A stretch of DNA of 64,000 bases from assembly GCA_043228905.1 (NCBI GenBank), contig JBHGNT010000014.1, positions 18,724,001 to 18,788,000 of the forward strand. The letters run 5' to 3'. Below the pieces are notes generated by a model that was not told where the DNA came from, did no database searches, and was given only the letters and a program-made list of their open reading frames with translations. Of this stretch, positions 38,692 through 51,822 are shown in pieces (position 1 is the stretch's first letter; every line of letters begins with the position of its first letter). The stretch comes from Azolla caroliniana (lineage: Eukaryota; Plantae; Polypodiophyta). The position numbers and the translations under genes were made by a program.

Positions 38692-41600
38692 TGTTCGGTC
38701 CGGTCCGGTTTACCGCGACCCCTTTGGTTCTGCGCGCCTCGACCTCTGGCATGTCTGCTCAATAGGCCCATCTCAGCTCCTTCACTGCTATGACTCCGGC
38801 GCTTGTCGATCCGTCGGTTCCATCGCGATGGCATCGACTTCCGTTGCGTCTGTGTCTCCTTGGCCTCTCGTTGATCTGACTCATCCGGATCTGTCTGTTG
38901 ATCCAAATCGACTATCTCCGACTCGTTCCAGCTCTTGTCCGAATCGGTATCCTCCGATTCGATTTTCGGCATCAGGCCTCTCACCACATCAGACCACGTC
39001 CGGGTCTTGGCCTTCTCCTTGCTTCCCTTGGCTTCTTCAGCCAGTTCACCGAAGTCGAATTCTTCATTCGACTCCGCATCATGGCCATTACGATCGTGAT
39101 GACCTTCGCATAGCATGCACTTCTCTTCTTGAGTGTACACTTCTTCTTCACAACCGCTCACTCCGAGTTGTTCAGATGTGTCGACTTCCTTCGTCGACTC
39201 GGCTTCATTTTTCTTCTTGTCTCCACCTCTACCAGTTCTTCTCTTACCTACGGGTTCAACAATTTTTTTGCCTTTGCCCGTTTCGGTAGTGTCTTTGCCC
39301 TTGCGTCTCCCCCTCAAGTGCGGCACGTCGAGATGTTGAACACCAAGCATTTCGGTAAAGTGCTGCAACTTGCCCGACCCGAGCGGCTTGGTGAAGATGT
39401 CGGCAACTTGCCGATCCGTGTGAACATACCGTAGTTCAACTTCACCGCTCAGGACCCGCTCACGCACGAAGTGATAATGCACTTCTATGTGCTTTGTGCG
39501 AGCATGGAACACAAGGTTCTTAGCGAGCTGCATGCTGCTAACGTTATCGCAGTAGATCAGGATCGGGGTCGGTACCTCGATCCACAGGTCTTGCAGTAGT
39601 CGTCGAAGCCAAATGGCTTTGCAGGTGGCAACGATCACGCCCCGGTATTCAGCCTCAGTGCTGGATAGAGCCACTGTTGGCTGCTTTTTGCTGCTCCACG
39701 CAACAACCGCGCTCCCAAGAGAAAACATAAAGCCGGAAGTTGAGCGATGATTCGTTGCATCGCCAGCCCAGTCGACATCCATGTAGCCGACAAGCTCTTC
39801 GGTTATACCTTGCTGGTATAAGAGCCCCCGGTCCTTAGTGCCGCTTACATACCTCAGTATTCGTTGCGCGCACTGAAGGTGCTCCACGGTCGGCTTCTGC
39901 ATGAATTGGCTTACCACTCCGGCCGGATAGCTAATGTCAGGTCGGGTGATGGTCAAGTAGATCAGGCTTCCGACTATTTGTCGAAACCATTTCTCATTGC
40001 AGGCTGGTCTGGAGTTGGGACGAATCTTCTGATTCCAGTCCAGGGGTGTGGAGACAGGTCGACATTCCGTCATGCCGAACTTGTACAGTATATTCAACAC
40101 ATAATGGCGTTGAGAGAGCAATATACCGTCGGGGGTGCGGATCACCTCGATCCCCAAAAAATAATGAAGGTCCCCCAAGTCCTTCATATCGAATGCGTTC
40201 GACAACTGGGACTTGACGCTATTGATTTCCGGAAGAACTGGGCCGGTGATGACTAAATCATCAACATAGAGTAAGATACATACCAGACCGTTTGAGCCTT
40301 GACGGATGAACAGGGAAGAGTTCGACTTAGAGGCAACAAACCCCATCTTTCGCAACCGGTTCGTGATCTTAGCATTCCAAGCACGGGGGGCTTGCTTCAA
40401 GCCGTACAACGACTTCCTCAGCCGGCATACCGCCGACTTGTTCACCTCCGACCGAAATCCGGGGGTCTGAGTCATAAAGACTTCTTCTTCAAGATCTCTT
40501 GAAGGAAGGCATTCTTCACATCCATCTGATGAAGATGCCACCCCCTGGCCGCAACAACCGCCAGTACCACACGAACCGTCGTCATCTTCGCTACAGGAGC
40601 GAAGGTCTCGTCGTAGTCGATTCCGTGGGTCTACGCATATCCCTTCGCCACTAACCAGGCCTTGTACCAGTTAATTGTACCGTCGACATTGTACTTTATC
40701 TTGTACACCCAGTCCCAAGTTCCGTTGGCATCCAGTGCCCGCATTTCTTCCTCCATAGCGGCACGCCAATTTGCGTCCTTTGCCGCTTCTGCATAGCTCT
40801 CCGGCTCACGCACTTCCGCGACATGTACGCATAATGATGCGCCATGTACTCGTTATACCCGTCATGTACTCGTCATGTACGCATAATGATGCGCCATGTA
40901 CTCGTTATACCCGTACCGTTTAACGGGATCCTTCTAGCGGGTGGACCGGCGTAACTCACCGTTACCCGGTATGAGACCTTTCTTGGCCGGTTCGGTCTTC
41001 ATTCCCGAAGATCTGCCTATGTCCTTGCCGAAGTCAGATACGCACCGATCCGACTCATCATTACCGGTCTCGAATTCCGACATCTTCTGCTTCCCTTTTT
41101 CTTTGCGTGTGAACCGTCTCCTCGGTTCCTTGCGCGGGGAGAGCACGACAGAGTCTCCACTACTTGCCGTCTCATCATTCGACTGGTTGGACTGATCCAG
41201 TCTCTCATTCGGTCCGCTTAACCAGAACGATTCCAGACTCTCATCTTGAGTCCCGGCTTCATCTTTCTCTACCTGGGCCGGTTCGGGCTCACTAGCCCCA
41301 TCCTCCGACATCGGGTCGGGATCGGAAGTCGGAGTCGGTAAGGAATACCACGATGCCGATTCATCAAACTCGACATCTCGGCTAACTCGGACCTGCTTCG
41401 TCCGGGGGTTATAACACTTATGCCCCTTTTGCTCTTGAGCATAGCCGACTAGGATGCATTTTTCCGATTTTGCATCCAGCTTTCTCCGCTTCTCATCCGG
41501 CACATGTACATAGGCTATGCTGCCGAATATCCGGAGGTGTCTCAAATTCGGCTTGCGCCCGAAATATAGCTCGTGAGCTGACACCTTGTCCCCGATCCGG

Positions 41601-43609
41601 TTTTGGATGTAAACGACCGTTTGGACCGCCTCCGCCCAGTAGAACTTGGGCATGCTCTTTTCCTCCAGCATTGCCCTAGCCGCGTCAATCAGCGACCGAT
41701 TTTTCCTTTCATCCACACCGTTCTGTTGCGGTGTGTATCTGTAGCTGAATTCTCGCCGAATTCCTTTTTGTTGCAGATAGTTGTTGAATTGGCCGGAAAA
41801 GTACTCTTTTCCGCCATCTGACCGTAGGCATTTGATCTTCCTCTCCGATTCCTGTTCCACCATCTTCTGGAGGCTCTTGAAACACTCGAAGACTTCGCTC
41901 TTCCACTCAATGAGGTAGATCCATGTATGCCGCATGTAGTCGTCAATGAAGGAGACGAAATATCGACTCCCGCCAATGCTAACATTTTGTGCCGGTCCCC
42001 ACACATCCGAATGGATAAGATCGAGCTTGTTACGGCTTCGATTTCTTTCGGTGGGGAATGGAAGCCGGTTTTGCTTCCCGAGTTGGCAGGCTTCACAAAT
42101 CTGGGCTCTCCGGCCGCTAAACTTCGGCAAACCGAAAACGACTTGTTCCGTTTGCAGGTTTTGAAGCCTCCGGTAGTTGACGTGGCCGATTCACTTGTGC
42201 CACAGGTTGATATCCAACTCGACCTTCTATCCTTTGGCGAACAGTGCAGTGCCGACGTCATTGGTGTTGAGGATAAACATCCTCCCATCTCTGCGCCCTT
42301 GCACAATAACTTCGTCCTCATCCTCAATGAAGCACCCGAGGTGTGTAAACTGCACCTGCATCCCCTGGTCGACGATCTATCCGACCGACACCAGGTTCTT
42401 CGTGATCGTCGGAACATGTAATACATTCATCAGCTTCCCCCTCTGTCTGACGTGACTCAAAGGGACTTCTCCGACGTGCACGATCGGGTGGGGAGTGTCG
42501 TCTCCGGTTTCGACAACTCCCGGTTGATCCGGCTTCTCCAAAAAGGAGAACCACTCCCCGTGGCTTGTCATGTGGTTCGATGCGCCGTAGTCAACGTACC
42601 ACACTTCCTCCGATTTGGAAGTGGTCTTCTTCATTGAGTTTGCCTTGTGCTTCATCACCAAGGCTGGCCCCTTACTGTTCTTGGATCCTCCCAATCCGTT
42701 TGCGTAGTGCGAGCTTTGCCGGCCTTCCTTACCGGTCTTTCCGGATCCGGATTTGTCCGAATCGGCACGCTTTCTCCAACACTCGCTTTCCCTATGGCCC
42801 TTTTTGCCACAATACCAGCATTCCGTAGCGGATTTGTCTTGCCGGCCTCTGGCACCACCTTGACTCCCCCTGCTTGTGGAAGTCCCGGAACTGCTGTCGG
42901 CATGCTCATTGTGCCTTCGTTCCTGCTCTTGCCGGCCACCTCCATTGTGTGCCGACCTGCCTCGTCCACCACGCCCGCGGGACCGATCCGCTCCCGTGTA
43001 CAACATCCGGTTGTTTGGGGATGCACTGGTAGATGCACCGGCGTGGTTCTCCTCTACAAGGAGCATCAACTGTAAGTCAAAAAATGAGGGCGTATTCTCC
43101 CTTGTACAAACCGCAGTCCGGAAAGCTCCGAACTTGGACGCCAGGCCTCCAAGACAGACCTGCACCATCTCGTCTTCCTCTACGGTGACGTTAATAGAGG
43201 CAAGCGAGCCACAGATCCCTTTGATCCGGTCTGTGTAATCTGCCACTGACATGTTCCTCTGTCGAACATTGCTCAACTCTTGTCTGAGTTGCAGCTTCCG
43301 GGCAGTGGTGCTTGCAGCGAAGACCTTTTTCAAGTTTCCCCAAGCATCCTTCGGTGTCTTGGCGTCACGGATATGACTGAGCAGTTGGTCACCGACACTG
43401 GACGCGAAGCAATACATCACCCTGCTTGCCGCTTGTTCCCACACTGGGAAGTCCTTGTGTGTCGTCTCTGGTGTTGAGTCGTTCACTCCATCGACATAAC
43501 TCCAGTAGCCATGCCCAAGCAGGTACTAGTGCATCTTGTATGACCAAGATGCGTAGTTGGTTCTGTCGAGCTTCTCCACCGGGAGCGACGTAGCCATACC
43601 TCTGTCCAT
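38580..43609 (-). pseudogene. gag-pol of copia E with several stops/frameshifts and a long C-terminal extension
   Basis: CWYCGKKGHRESEC, VWYVDYGASNHM, IHSDVWGP, LRSDGGKEY, LYVDD and HARTKHIEVHYHFVRE. Confidence 0.9.
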
Positions 43610-44477
43610 TTCTCCTTTTTGTGTCTATTTTCCGATCTGTTAGGGTTTCCTTCACAAGCGTAGATGTCTGCAGCAGAGGTTCTCAACCCACGCGCTCTGA
43701 TACCATGTCAAAGATTGCTTGCGGAAGCATTACAAAGAACAATACACAAAGAGAGAGAGAGAGAGAGAGAGTGTGTGTTACGGGCATGACCATATAATAT
43801 CACGTGGTAAGAATTTACCGTCGTATTCTATACACGTGGATAAGTGTGAGGGTTAAATGAGAGTGTAAAGAAGGGGAGGATTACTTTTAATCCTCGGGAT
43901 TGAGACAACCCATTAGGTCAAGTGTGAACTTGCCTGGGGGCCTTGGGTATCGCTATAAATAAGAGGCCTAGCTACCCTCACTTGATCATCTTTTGACTAC
44001 ATCGAGACTCTGCTCGTGTGGTGGGTCAACTCTTGTAGCGAGCGCGCCAGCACCAGGTACGACTCGACGCCACGGCGGTGGTATGGGACGCCGATCGAGG
44101 CTCGAGTCCGTCTCGATCCCTTCGCTCGGGGGTGGTCGGGTGGATCGGCACCCTTCTTTCTCTTTCTCCTTTCTATCTTTCATTTCTTTATCCTTATCTT
44201 AAGCTTACATTAGTACTATGATCTATAATATTTGGTATCAGATTTTTGTACTAATGTTTCTTTGTTTTTCATTTGTCTTTTGATTGATGCTGATCGATCG
44301 TTGTGCGGTTGGCCTTGATCCAGACAACGATCAACAAAGAACTTCGGTAACTCTTTCCATAATTTTCTTTCTATTCTCTCTTCTCCCATCTAATCATGTG
44401 TTTAGTTTATATGTAATTTTTTTCATTAAGTCAATGATGTTGTAGTGGTCTTTAATTGATTATCTAAAACGTTTACA

Positions 44478-44745
44478 TATGTGCACGAGGTCAATACCTC
44501 GTTTGACATATTAATAATATGTGATGAGTGTCGTATGCGTACGAGGTTAATACCTCAATTACGTATTACGTTCACGAACATATGTTACGTTTGCGTATGA
44601 GTTTAATACCTTGATTTGTTGTAAACGATATGCATTTGGTCTCGTATGCGTAAGAGGTCAATACCTCCATTGCGTATTACGATGATCTCTTATTTGTGGA
44701 TGTTTCGTGTGCGTAGAGGTATATACCTCGATTACGTATCTCGAT
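44478..44745 (+). repeat. Five degenerate units of about 55 bp, each with a GAGG-N6-CCTC-type hairpin, in the leader of F
   Basis: gaggtcaatacctc, gaggttaatacctc, gagtttaatacctt, gaggtcaatacctc and gaggtatatacctc at regular spacing. Confidence 0.75.
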
Positions 44746-45917
44746 CACATCATTTGTGGCTATTTAATATAACGATATGTTTAATATAGGCATATGTGGT
44801 CACATATATACGTATTTGATCGTATATATGTGAAAAGTAAACATATGTGTATATTCGTTATTACGTGATTATGTCGAAAGTTGTCATGGTCGGGAAAAGG
44901 ATGTTGGTGGCCGTCCTCACATTTTTGTGAGAATGGCGTTGTCACCATTCCTTTTTCAACAATTTTTTATTGTTGACCACCCCGTTGATGACCTCGATTT
45001 CATTACGTAAAGAAACGCAATAGCCATAATGATGTTGAGTACGTAGGGCTTGACCCACTTCAAGTGAGGTCGCTCCAATGACGCGCGTATCCAACATCCC
45101 TCCCTCGTTACATGGATACGATGCCACCATGAGCTCGTTCTTACGAGAGGCATTCGTAATGACGTGACCATGTGATGGCCCACGTGAGCCTACTACGAAA
45201 CAAGGGCTCATTTGGCTTCACCATTAGGTTGCACTTTGGCGTATGCCATCGTAATTACGAGACTTGAGGTTAGGTAACGTACCAACATAGTTTTGGTAAA
45301 TGAGGGCGAAATAAGGACCCTTGACATATATGTTCTTTTAAAAAAACATATATGATCAATTGCCTCGCATATCTCTTATACGCATCAAACATTAAACATT
45401 CGAGAAGACCAACTTACTTGGTTGGCTCAAGTGTTTAATGTATTTGTTCTCGAGGTCTCGAGTTCAAATATGACCAAGACCATACAACATCCTTGATACA
45501 TATGACTATACCACATGTTTAGACTTAAGGTCTAAGTGCACCTCGGGGTCCTCGTAATAGGACTTAAAGAGCCGAAACCACTTATGTGGGCACCGAAACA
45601 TAGTTTATTGTTAACATTTTTTTTCGTGTATAAACTATTCATGACGCGAACATACATGGTTGAGCCTCGGGGAGCCACCATGAAAAAATCGATATAGAGA
45701 TCAGGGAAAGACATTTTTTTGTCACCCCCATGGTTTTTAAAACACCTTTGTGTTACCATAGTAACCTGATCTTGAACCTCATCTCATACGTCTAGAGGGG
45801 TATTGACGTGAGATAATGATATCGATTAATGCTCGCCCATGATATGTTTACATCACGACATGATGTTATGACTATATCTCTGACCTTATCCTATTTCTTT
45901 TCCAGAAATAATCTTTA

Positions 45918-48900
45918 ATGGCTCAAATTAACGACCCGATGTCATCCGCTCAAGCGGAAGGAACTCAAGGGAATCCTCTTGGACAAATGTCCACTGAGAT
46001 GTATTTGGCACAAATAACCCAATTCCTTAGTTTCACTGCTCAACAGATGACCGAACTTCGGCAATCTCAGAGTGCTCTTGAGGCACGTGTCATTAGTCTA
46101 CAACGTGAGACTAATAGACCTGATGAGCGACAAGGTGAACCATCATTTGTCGTTAAGCCATTTACGGGAGACAAAAAGGAAAGAACCGAAGAAGCAATCT
46201 GCACATGGCTGGGACGATGGGAGTCTCATTTTGAGCTCTATCCCACGCCAGATAGTACGAAGATTGCATATGTCGGCCGAGAACTCGGGGGTAAGGCCGC
46301 CGCCTGGTGGCGTGGCCTCCGTACTATGGGGAAATTGCCCGATACCTGGACAGATTTTGTCACGGTTTTTAAGGGCCAATTTCTGCAACCTCCCTCTCGA
46401 ACCGAGGCAGCACAAGCCTTAATGAACCTCTCTAGCAGGAAGTTTTCCTCGCTAGAAGACTATGTCCACCATGCTAGAACCCAAATCCAAAAATCGGGTC
46501 TAGAAGGGGACAATTGGTTGATAGCTTGTTTTGTCAATGGCATCCCCAATTCGGACTATCACTGGATAGTGCACGATAAGGATCCAAAATCCTTCGAAGA
46601 GGCCGTTGAAATAGTTCTTCGCTATCAACGCACTTCGAAGAAGGACCATAACAAACCCAACGAAGCGCCCGGGACTAAGCAGTTGCAATTTGTTGGGAAA
46701 CGCAAGACACCCAACGAATTCCTGGATCGCGATTGTAAGCGACAACATCCTTTTTGTGTATTCTGCAAAAAGAAGGGTCATACAAAAGATCAATGTCGAA
46801 AGCTCCAACGGAAAGAGCACGACAACAAAGCTAAAGCTGCAGACCATAAAGGTCAGATTCCTAATGTCCTTCAGGTCTATACACATCATTTAAGTAATTG
46901 TCAATGTTCTTTCCCTCACTATGTATTGGGTCCCAATGATTTACTACGTGCAAACGGGTATATCAATGGATCTCCCGTACAATTTTTATTTGATTCGGGA
47001 AGCTCACACAATTTTGTGAATGATCGTTTGGTACAGATATGGGGAATCCAACCCACCGTAAGTGATCACACCTACACGGTGCACTTGGCTGATGGAAGAG
47101 TACAACACATCAACGGGGCGATTCATTCTTTAGGAATTTCTATTGATACCTATATAGAGGAAGTAGACTTCCATGTAATGAATCTTAGTACCACCGATGT
47201 AATACTGGGTTATCCCTGGTTTTATAATAAAAGCTCTTCTTTATTTATTGATTGGGTTCGCCATTCCATTTCTTTTGTACTCAACGATTGTACGCATTTT
47301 ATTCAATGTGTAAAAAAAACAATCCCTCTCGATTGTTTCCTCGTGTCCATCAATATCCGAGTTGTCTTGTTCTACGTTATTTTATTGTGTACTTGATCCA
47401 GACATTCACGTTTACAATATCGATAATGTCCCGATTCAATTAACATATTTTGAACAACAACAACTTGATGAAATCTTAAATGATTTTCATGATGTTTTTC
47501 CAAGTGAACTACCTGATGGGTTACCTCCTAAACGTAATATAGACCATCATATAGATATTGTACCTGGTGTTGCACCAATAAGTATACCTCCGTATCGCTT
47601 AAGTCGATCCGAAGAAGATGAGGTATCTAAGCAACTCAAGGACTATTTACGAATGGGTTATATACGTTATAGTAAATCTCCATGGGGTGCACCAGTTCTC
47701 TTGGTTAAAAAGAAAGAGGGCACATGGCGTATGTGTATTAATTACCGACGCTTGAATAAAGTGACGATCAAGAATTCGTATCCATTGCCCCGGGCTGACG
47801 ATTTAATTGACCGTCTCCAGGGAGCTCGGTATTTTACGAAACTTGATCTCCGTACTGGCTACCATCAAATACGAATAAGTGAGGACGATGTTCCTAAAAC
47901 GGCATTTCGTACGCGCTATGGCCATTACGAGTTTTTGGTTATGCCTTTTGGTTTGACCAATGCTCCGGCTACTTTTCAACAAGAAATGAATGACATTTTC
48001 CGAGAACAACTTGGAAAATTTGTCGTTATTTTCTTGGATGATATTTTAGTTTATAGCCGTACATTACAAGAACATGCTAGACATGTCCGCTTTGTTTTAC
48101 AAACATTGCGTGACAAACAGTTTTATGCGAAGATCTCAAAATGTGAGTTCTTCAAGAAATCAATTACTTATCTAGGACATCTCATAACCGAACGAGGAGT
48201 TGAAATTGATCCTTCTCGCATTGAGAAAATCAAGCTTTGGCCCACTCTTCGGAATATTCGAGAAGTTCGATCATTCCTTGGTTTTGTGGGGTTTTTGCGA
48301 AAGTCTCTTCGTAATTACTCCCAATTGACGACGCCGTTTACTGATCTTTTAAAAGGTCAAACGCGTAAGTCTACAAAACCTATTGTGTGGAATGCTACAC
48401 TAGACCTTGCCTTTAAGGAACTCAAGGACCTGGTTTGCAAGGCTCCTTCACTTCTTTTACCCGATCCTTCAAAACCTTTTGAGGTTGAAACCGATGCAAG
48501 CGATTATGCTATAGGTGCTGTCTTGTATCAAGATGGTAAACCAATAGCATTCGAGAGTAAGAAACTTGATTCTGCTCAATGTCGGTATACCGTTCAAGAA
48601 AAGGAATTATTTGCAGTTATACATGCGCTCAAAACATGGCGCCATTATCTTTATGGAAATCACTTTGTGGTAACTACGGACCACGAGTCCTTGAAATATT
48701 TTTGTGACCAACAAGACCTGAAAGGTCGTAAGGCACGATGGGCTGATCTCATCCAGGACTTTGATTTTTCCATACGATATCGTAAAGGTTCCATGAACAT
48801 TGTCGCTGATGCACTAAGTCGCATCCGTGAAGTTAACACGCTTAGCTTCACTGAAATATCATCAGATCTTTATGATCACCTTCGAGGAAAGTATCCTGAT

Positions 48901-50352
48901 GACAGTTATTTCGCAAAATACTGGGCAAGAGTTGAGTCTGGAACAGACACCACCACATCCTCGAAGGAATACTTCCACATTGCTAACGGTTTGCTCTACC
49001 GTAATGGGAAGGTTTGTGTTCCAGATTTACCCGAGGTCAAAAAGAGGATTCTTTTTGAATGCCATGATGCACCCTCAGCAGGGCACCCTGGAATACATCG
49101 TACACTCATTCTCATCTCCACTCAATTTTATTGGCCTAAGATGCGTCCTGACATACATAGCTATGTGACTAAATGTCAGCAGTGTCAAGTTAACAAAGCC
49201 GAGCGACTTAAAGCCGCAGGACTTTTACATCCCTTGGACATTCCCAATAATAAGTGGGAAAGTATATCCATGGATTTTATTGTTAGCCTTCCTCGCACCC
49301 AAAAAGGTCATGATGCCATCTGGGTTGTCGTTGATCGACTAACTAAAATGGCCAGATTTATTGCTACTAAAACCACGGTAACAGCTCCTGAATTGGCTTA
49401 CCAATTCGTTGACGAATTGTTTCGTTTTTATGGGTTACCGATGGATATCGTGAGTGATCGAGATCCAAAGTTTACTAGTGACTTCTGGACACAAGTCTTT
49501 AAGAAGTTAGAAACTACGTTGAGCATGAGCTCCACGGATCATCCTCAATCCGATGGACAGACAGAACGAGTAAATCAAATTATTGAGGACATGCTTCGAG
49601 CATACGTTGGTGCAAAACCAACAAAATGGGAACGTTATCTCCCAATTTTGGAGTTTGCTTATAACAGCTCCAAGCATACGTCGACGGGATATAGTCCTTT
49701 TATGTTGATGTATGGTTTTCAGCCACGAGCCCCGATTGATGTTAATATACATCATGATGAGTTGCGAAGTACGCAAAACTTTCTTCGGGATATGCAAGAT
49801 ATGTTGCATATTGCACGAGATAATATAAAAACAGCTCAAGATAGAGCGCGTTTTTATGCCGATCATCATAGGCAACCTCGTGTATTCAACCCTTGACAGA
49901 AGGTATTTTTACGTGTACCTCACAATTCTAAGACATTGTCTACGGGTAAGTGCGCTAAGTTAGCCCCACGGTTTTGTGGACCTTTTACAGTCCTCAAACG
50001 CATTGGGTCATCAGCCTATCGTCTCGCTCTTCCCGATGGTGTCGGAATTCATCCAGTCTTTCATGTCAGTCGTCTAAAAGAACTTCTAGGTTCTGGCGAC
50101 AATACAGTTACGACTGAAACTCTGGTTACTTCTGAAGAATTATCTTCTAAACCACATGTACCAGAAAGAATTCTCGATGTTAAAACAAAAAAATTACGTA
50201 CTAAAGAAATCCGAGAATTCAAAATAAAATGGATGGATAAATCAATAAAAGATGCCACATGGGAACGCGAAAATACACTTAGAACTAACTTCCCTAACTT
50301 TCCATTGCAAGAGTGCAATGTTTTAAAGAGGGGGAGTATGTTACGGGCATGA
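45918..50352 (+). pseudogene. gag-pol of element F with one extra A in the run 47312-47319 and one premature TGA at 49894
   Basis: [53 protein letters not shown] and chromodomain-like VPERILD...IKW...DATWE. Confidence 0.9.
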
Positions 50353-51822
50353 CCATATAATATCACGTGGTAAGAATTTACCGTCGTATTCTATACACGT
50401 GGATAAGTGTGAGGGTTAAATGAGAGTGTAAAGAAGGGGAGGATTACTTTTAATCCTCGGGATTGAGACAACCCATTAGGTCAAGTGTGAACTTGCCTGG
50501 GGGCCTTGGGTATCGCTATAAATAAGAGGCCTAGCTACCCTCACTTGATCATCTTTTGACTACATCGAGACTCTGCTCGTGTGGTGGGTCAACTCTTGTA
50601 GCGAGCGCGCCAGCACCAGGTACGACTCGACGCCACGGCGGTGGTATGGGACGCCGATCGAGGCTCGAGTCCGTCTCGATCCCTTCGCTCGGGGGTGGTC
50701 GGGTGGATCGGCACCCTTCTTTCTCTTTCTCCTTTCTATCTTTCATTTCTTTATCCTTATCTTAAGCTTACATTAGTACTATGATCTATAATAGAGAGAG
50801 AGAGAGAGAGAGAGAGTAAGACACACTATATTTCGAAAATTATATGAATACTTTGTGTTCTCTGTCTGTGTTTTTACAACGCGCTCATCAGCGCTATTTA
50901 TACAAGTTCACACGGGACTGTTAGAAGTACGATGTACTTCAATGCTCACACGAGCATCTGACACTAACTACGAGACTATAACTGCCTAGTAGTCTAACCT
51001 ATACTAGGCTTCTGGTTACGGATTGGATCCGGCATACCGGCTCCCCAACTCACCGGTCCTTACTGCTTACCGGCTCGGTTGCTCACCAGCATACCGATTT
51101 ATCTCGCTTATTCAGCCGATCCGGCTCCGGTTGAGCTTGCCGCTCAACATAATTATTTGCAAAAAGAGTTACTTGTGTCTTCTCGACTTGGTTATTATGT
51201 TGGCTTGGAAATGAGAGATTGCACTCTCAGTTTAATCAATTGTTTCGTTTGGGGGTCAACGAGGTGAGAGATATAGTTGATGTTCAAACTCAACGAATTT
51301 CAGAGTTTCTTGAAGCTCGACAATTATAATTTATTATGCATCCCACCCAATCATGGGTTTATTTGGCAACAACTAGAAAATATTGCATTGATGCAAGGTC
51401 CTTTATCTTCACAAACAGAAGAGCAATTGTGGGTTGATTGATGTTTATGGGGACAAATGTCATTTTTACAAGTGATTACTAATCCCTTGTATCATTGTTA
51501 CGCTGAGTTTCTTCAATGGTTATCATCTAAGGCTGAACAATAATGGGAAATACATAACTTTGATCATGGACAATGACAAATCTTAAACGTAGCCGACATT
51601 GTAAATTGCCACTTGTTGCAAAGGTCTTCCTTCATTTGGAGGGTTCTGATTGGGAGTTCACATTTGGGATTAACTCTAAAGCGAAGTGGACTAACAACAT
51701 TCAATTGCATCTTTTGCACAGTTCAAATCGAAGACAATACTCATTGTTTCATACAATGTCCGATTGCTTGTCTAATTCGGGGTTGCATTTCTCAAATTTA
51801 GCATTATTTGACCCCAAGAAAG

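Larger units (their letters stand above)
43776..50793 (+). mobile_element. Ty3/gypsy chromovirus F (tRNA-iMet primed, Reina/Tekay/Galadriel-like), young
   Basis: 455-bp LTRs 43776-44230 and 50339-50793 look identical by eye. PBS tggtatcaga 44233-44242, PPT agagggggag about 50327-50336. Inserted in a (GA)n tract. Confidence 0.93.
38011..51149 (-). mobile_element. Ty1/copia element E with gypsy F inserted in its 5' LTR
   Basis: PBS TGGTATCAGAGC (43705-43694). 5' LTR 51149-50794 plus 43775-43706; 3' LTR about 38390-38011, outer end lost. PPT GAGGGGGAG at 38586-38594. Confidence 0.9.

Noticed and set aside
44478-44745. CRISPR-like repeat/spacer array
   Set aside because: Repeats are degenerate, lie inside a plant retrotransposon leader and have no cas genes nearby; kept only as a hairpin array.
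47300-47330. Programmed -1 frameshift at the A8 run in element F
   Set aside because: The downstream pol is in the +1 frame; one extra A (mutation or assembly error) explains it.
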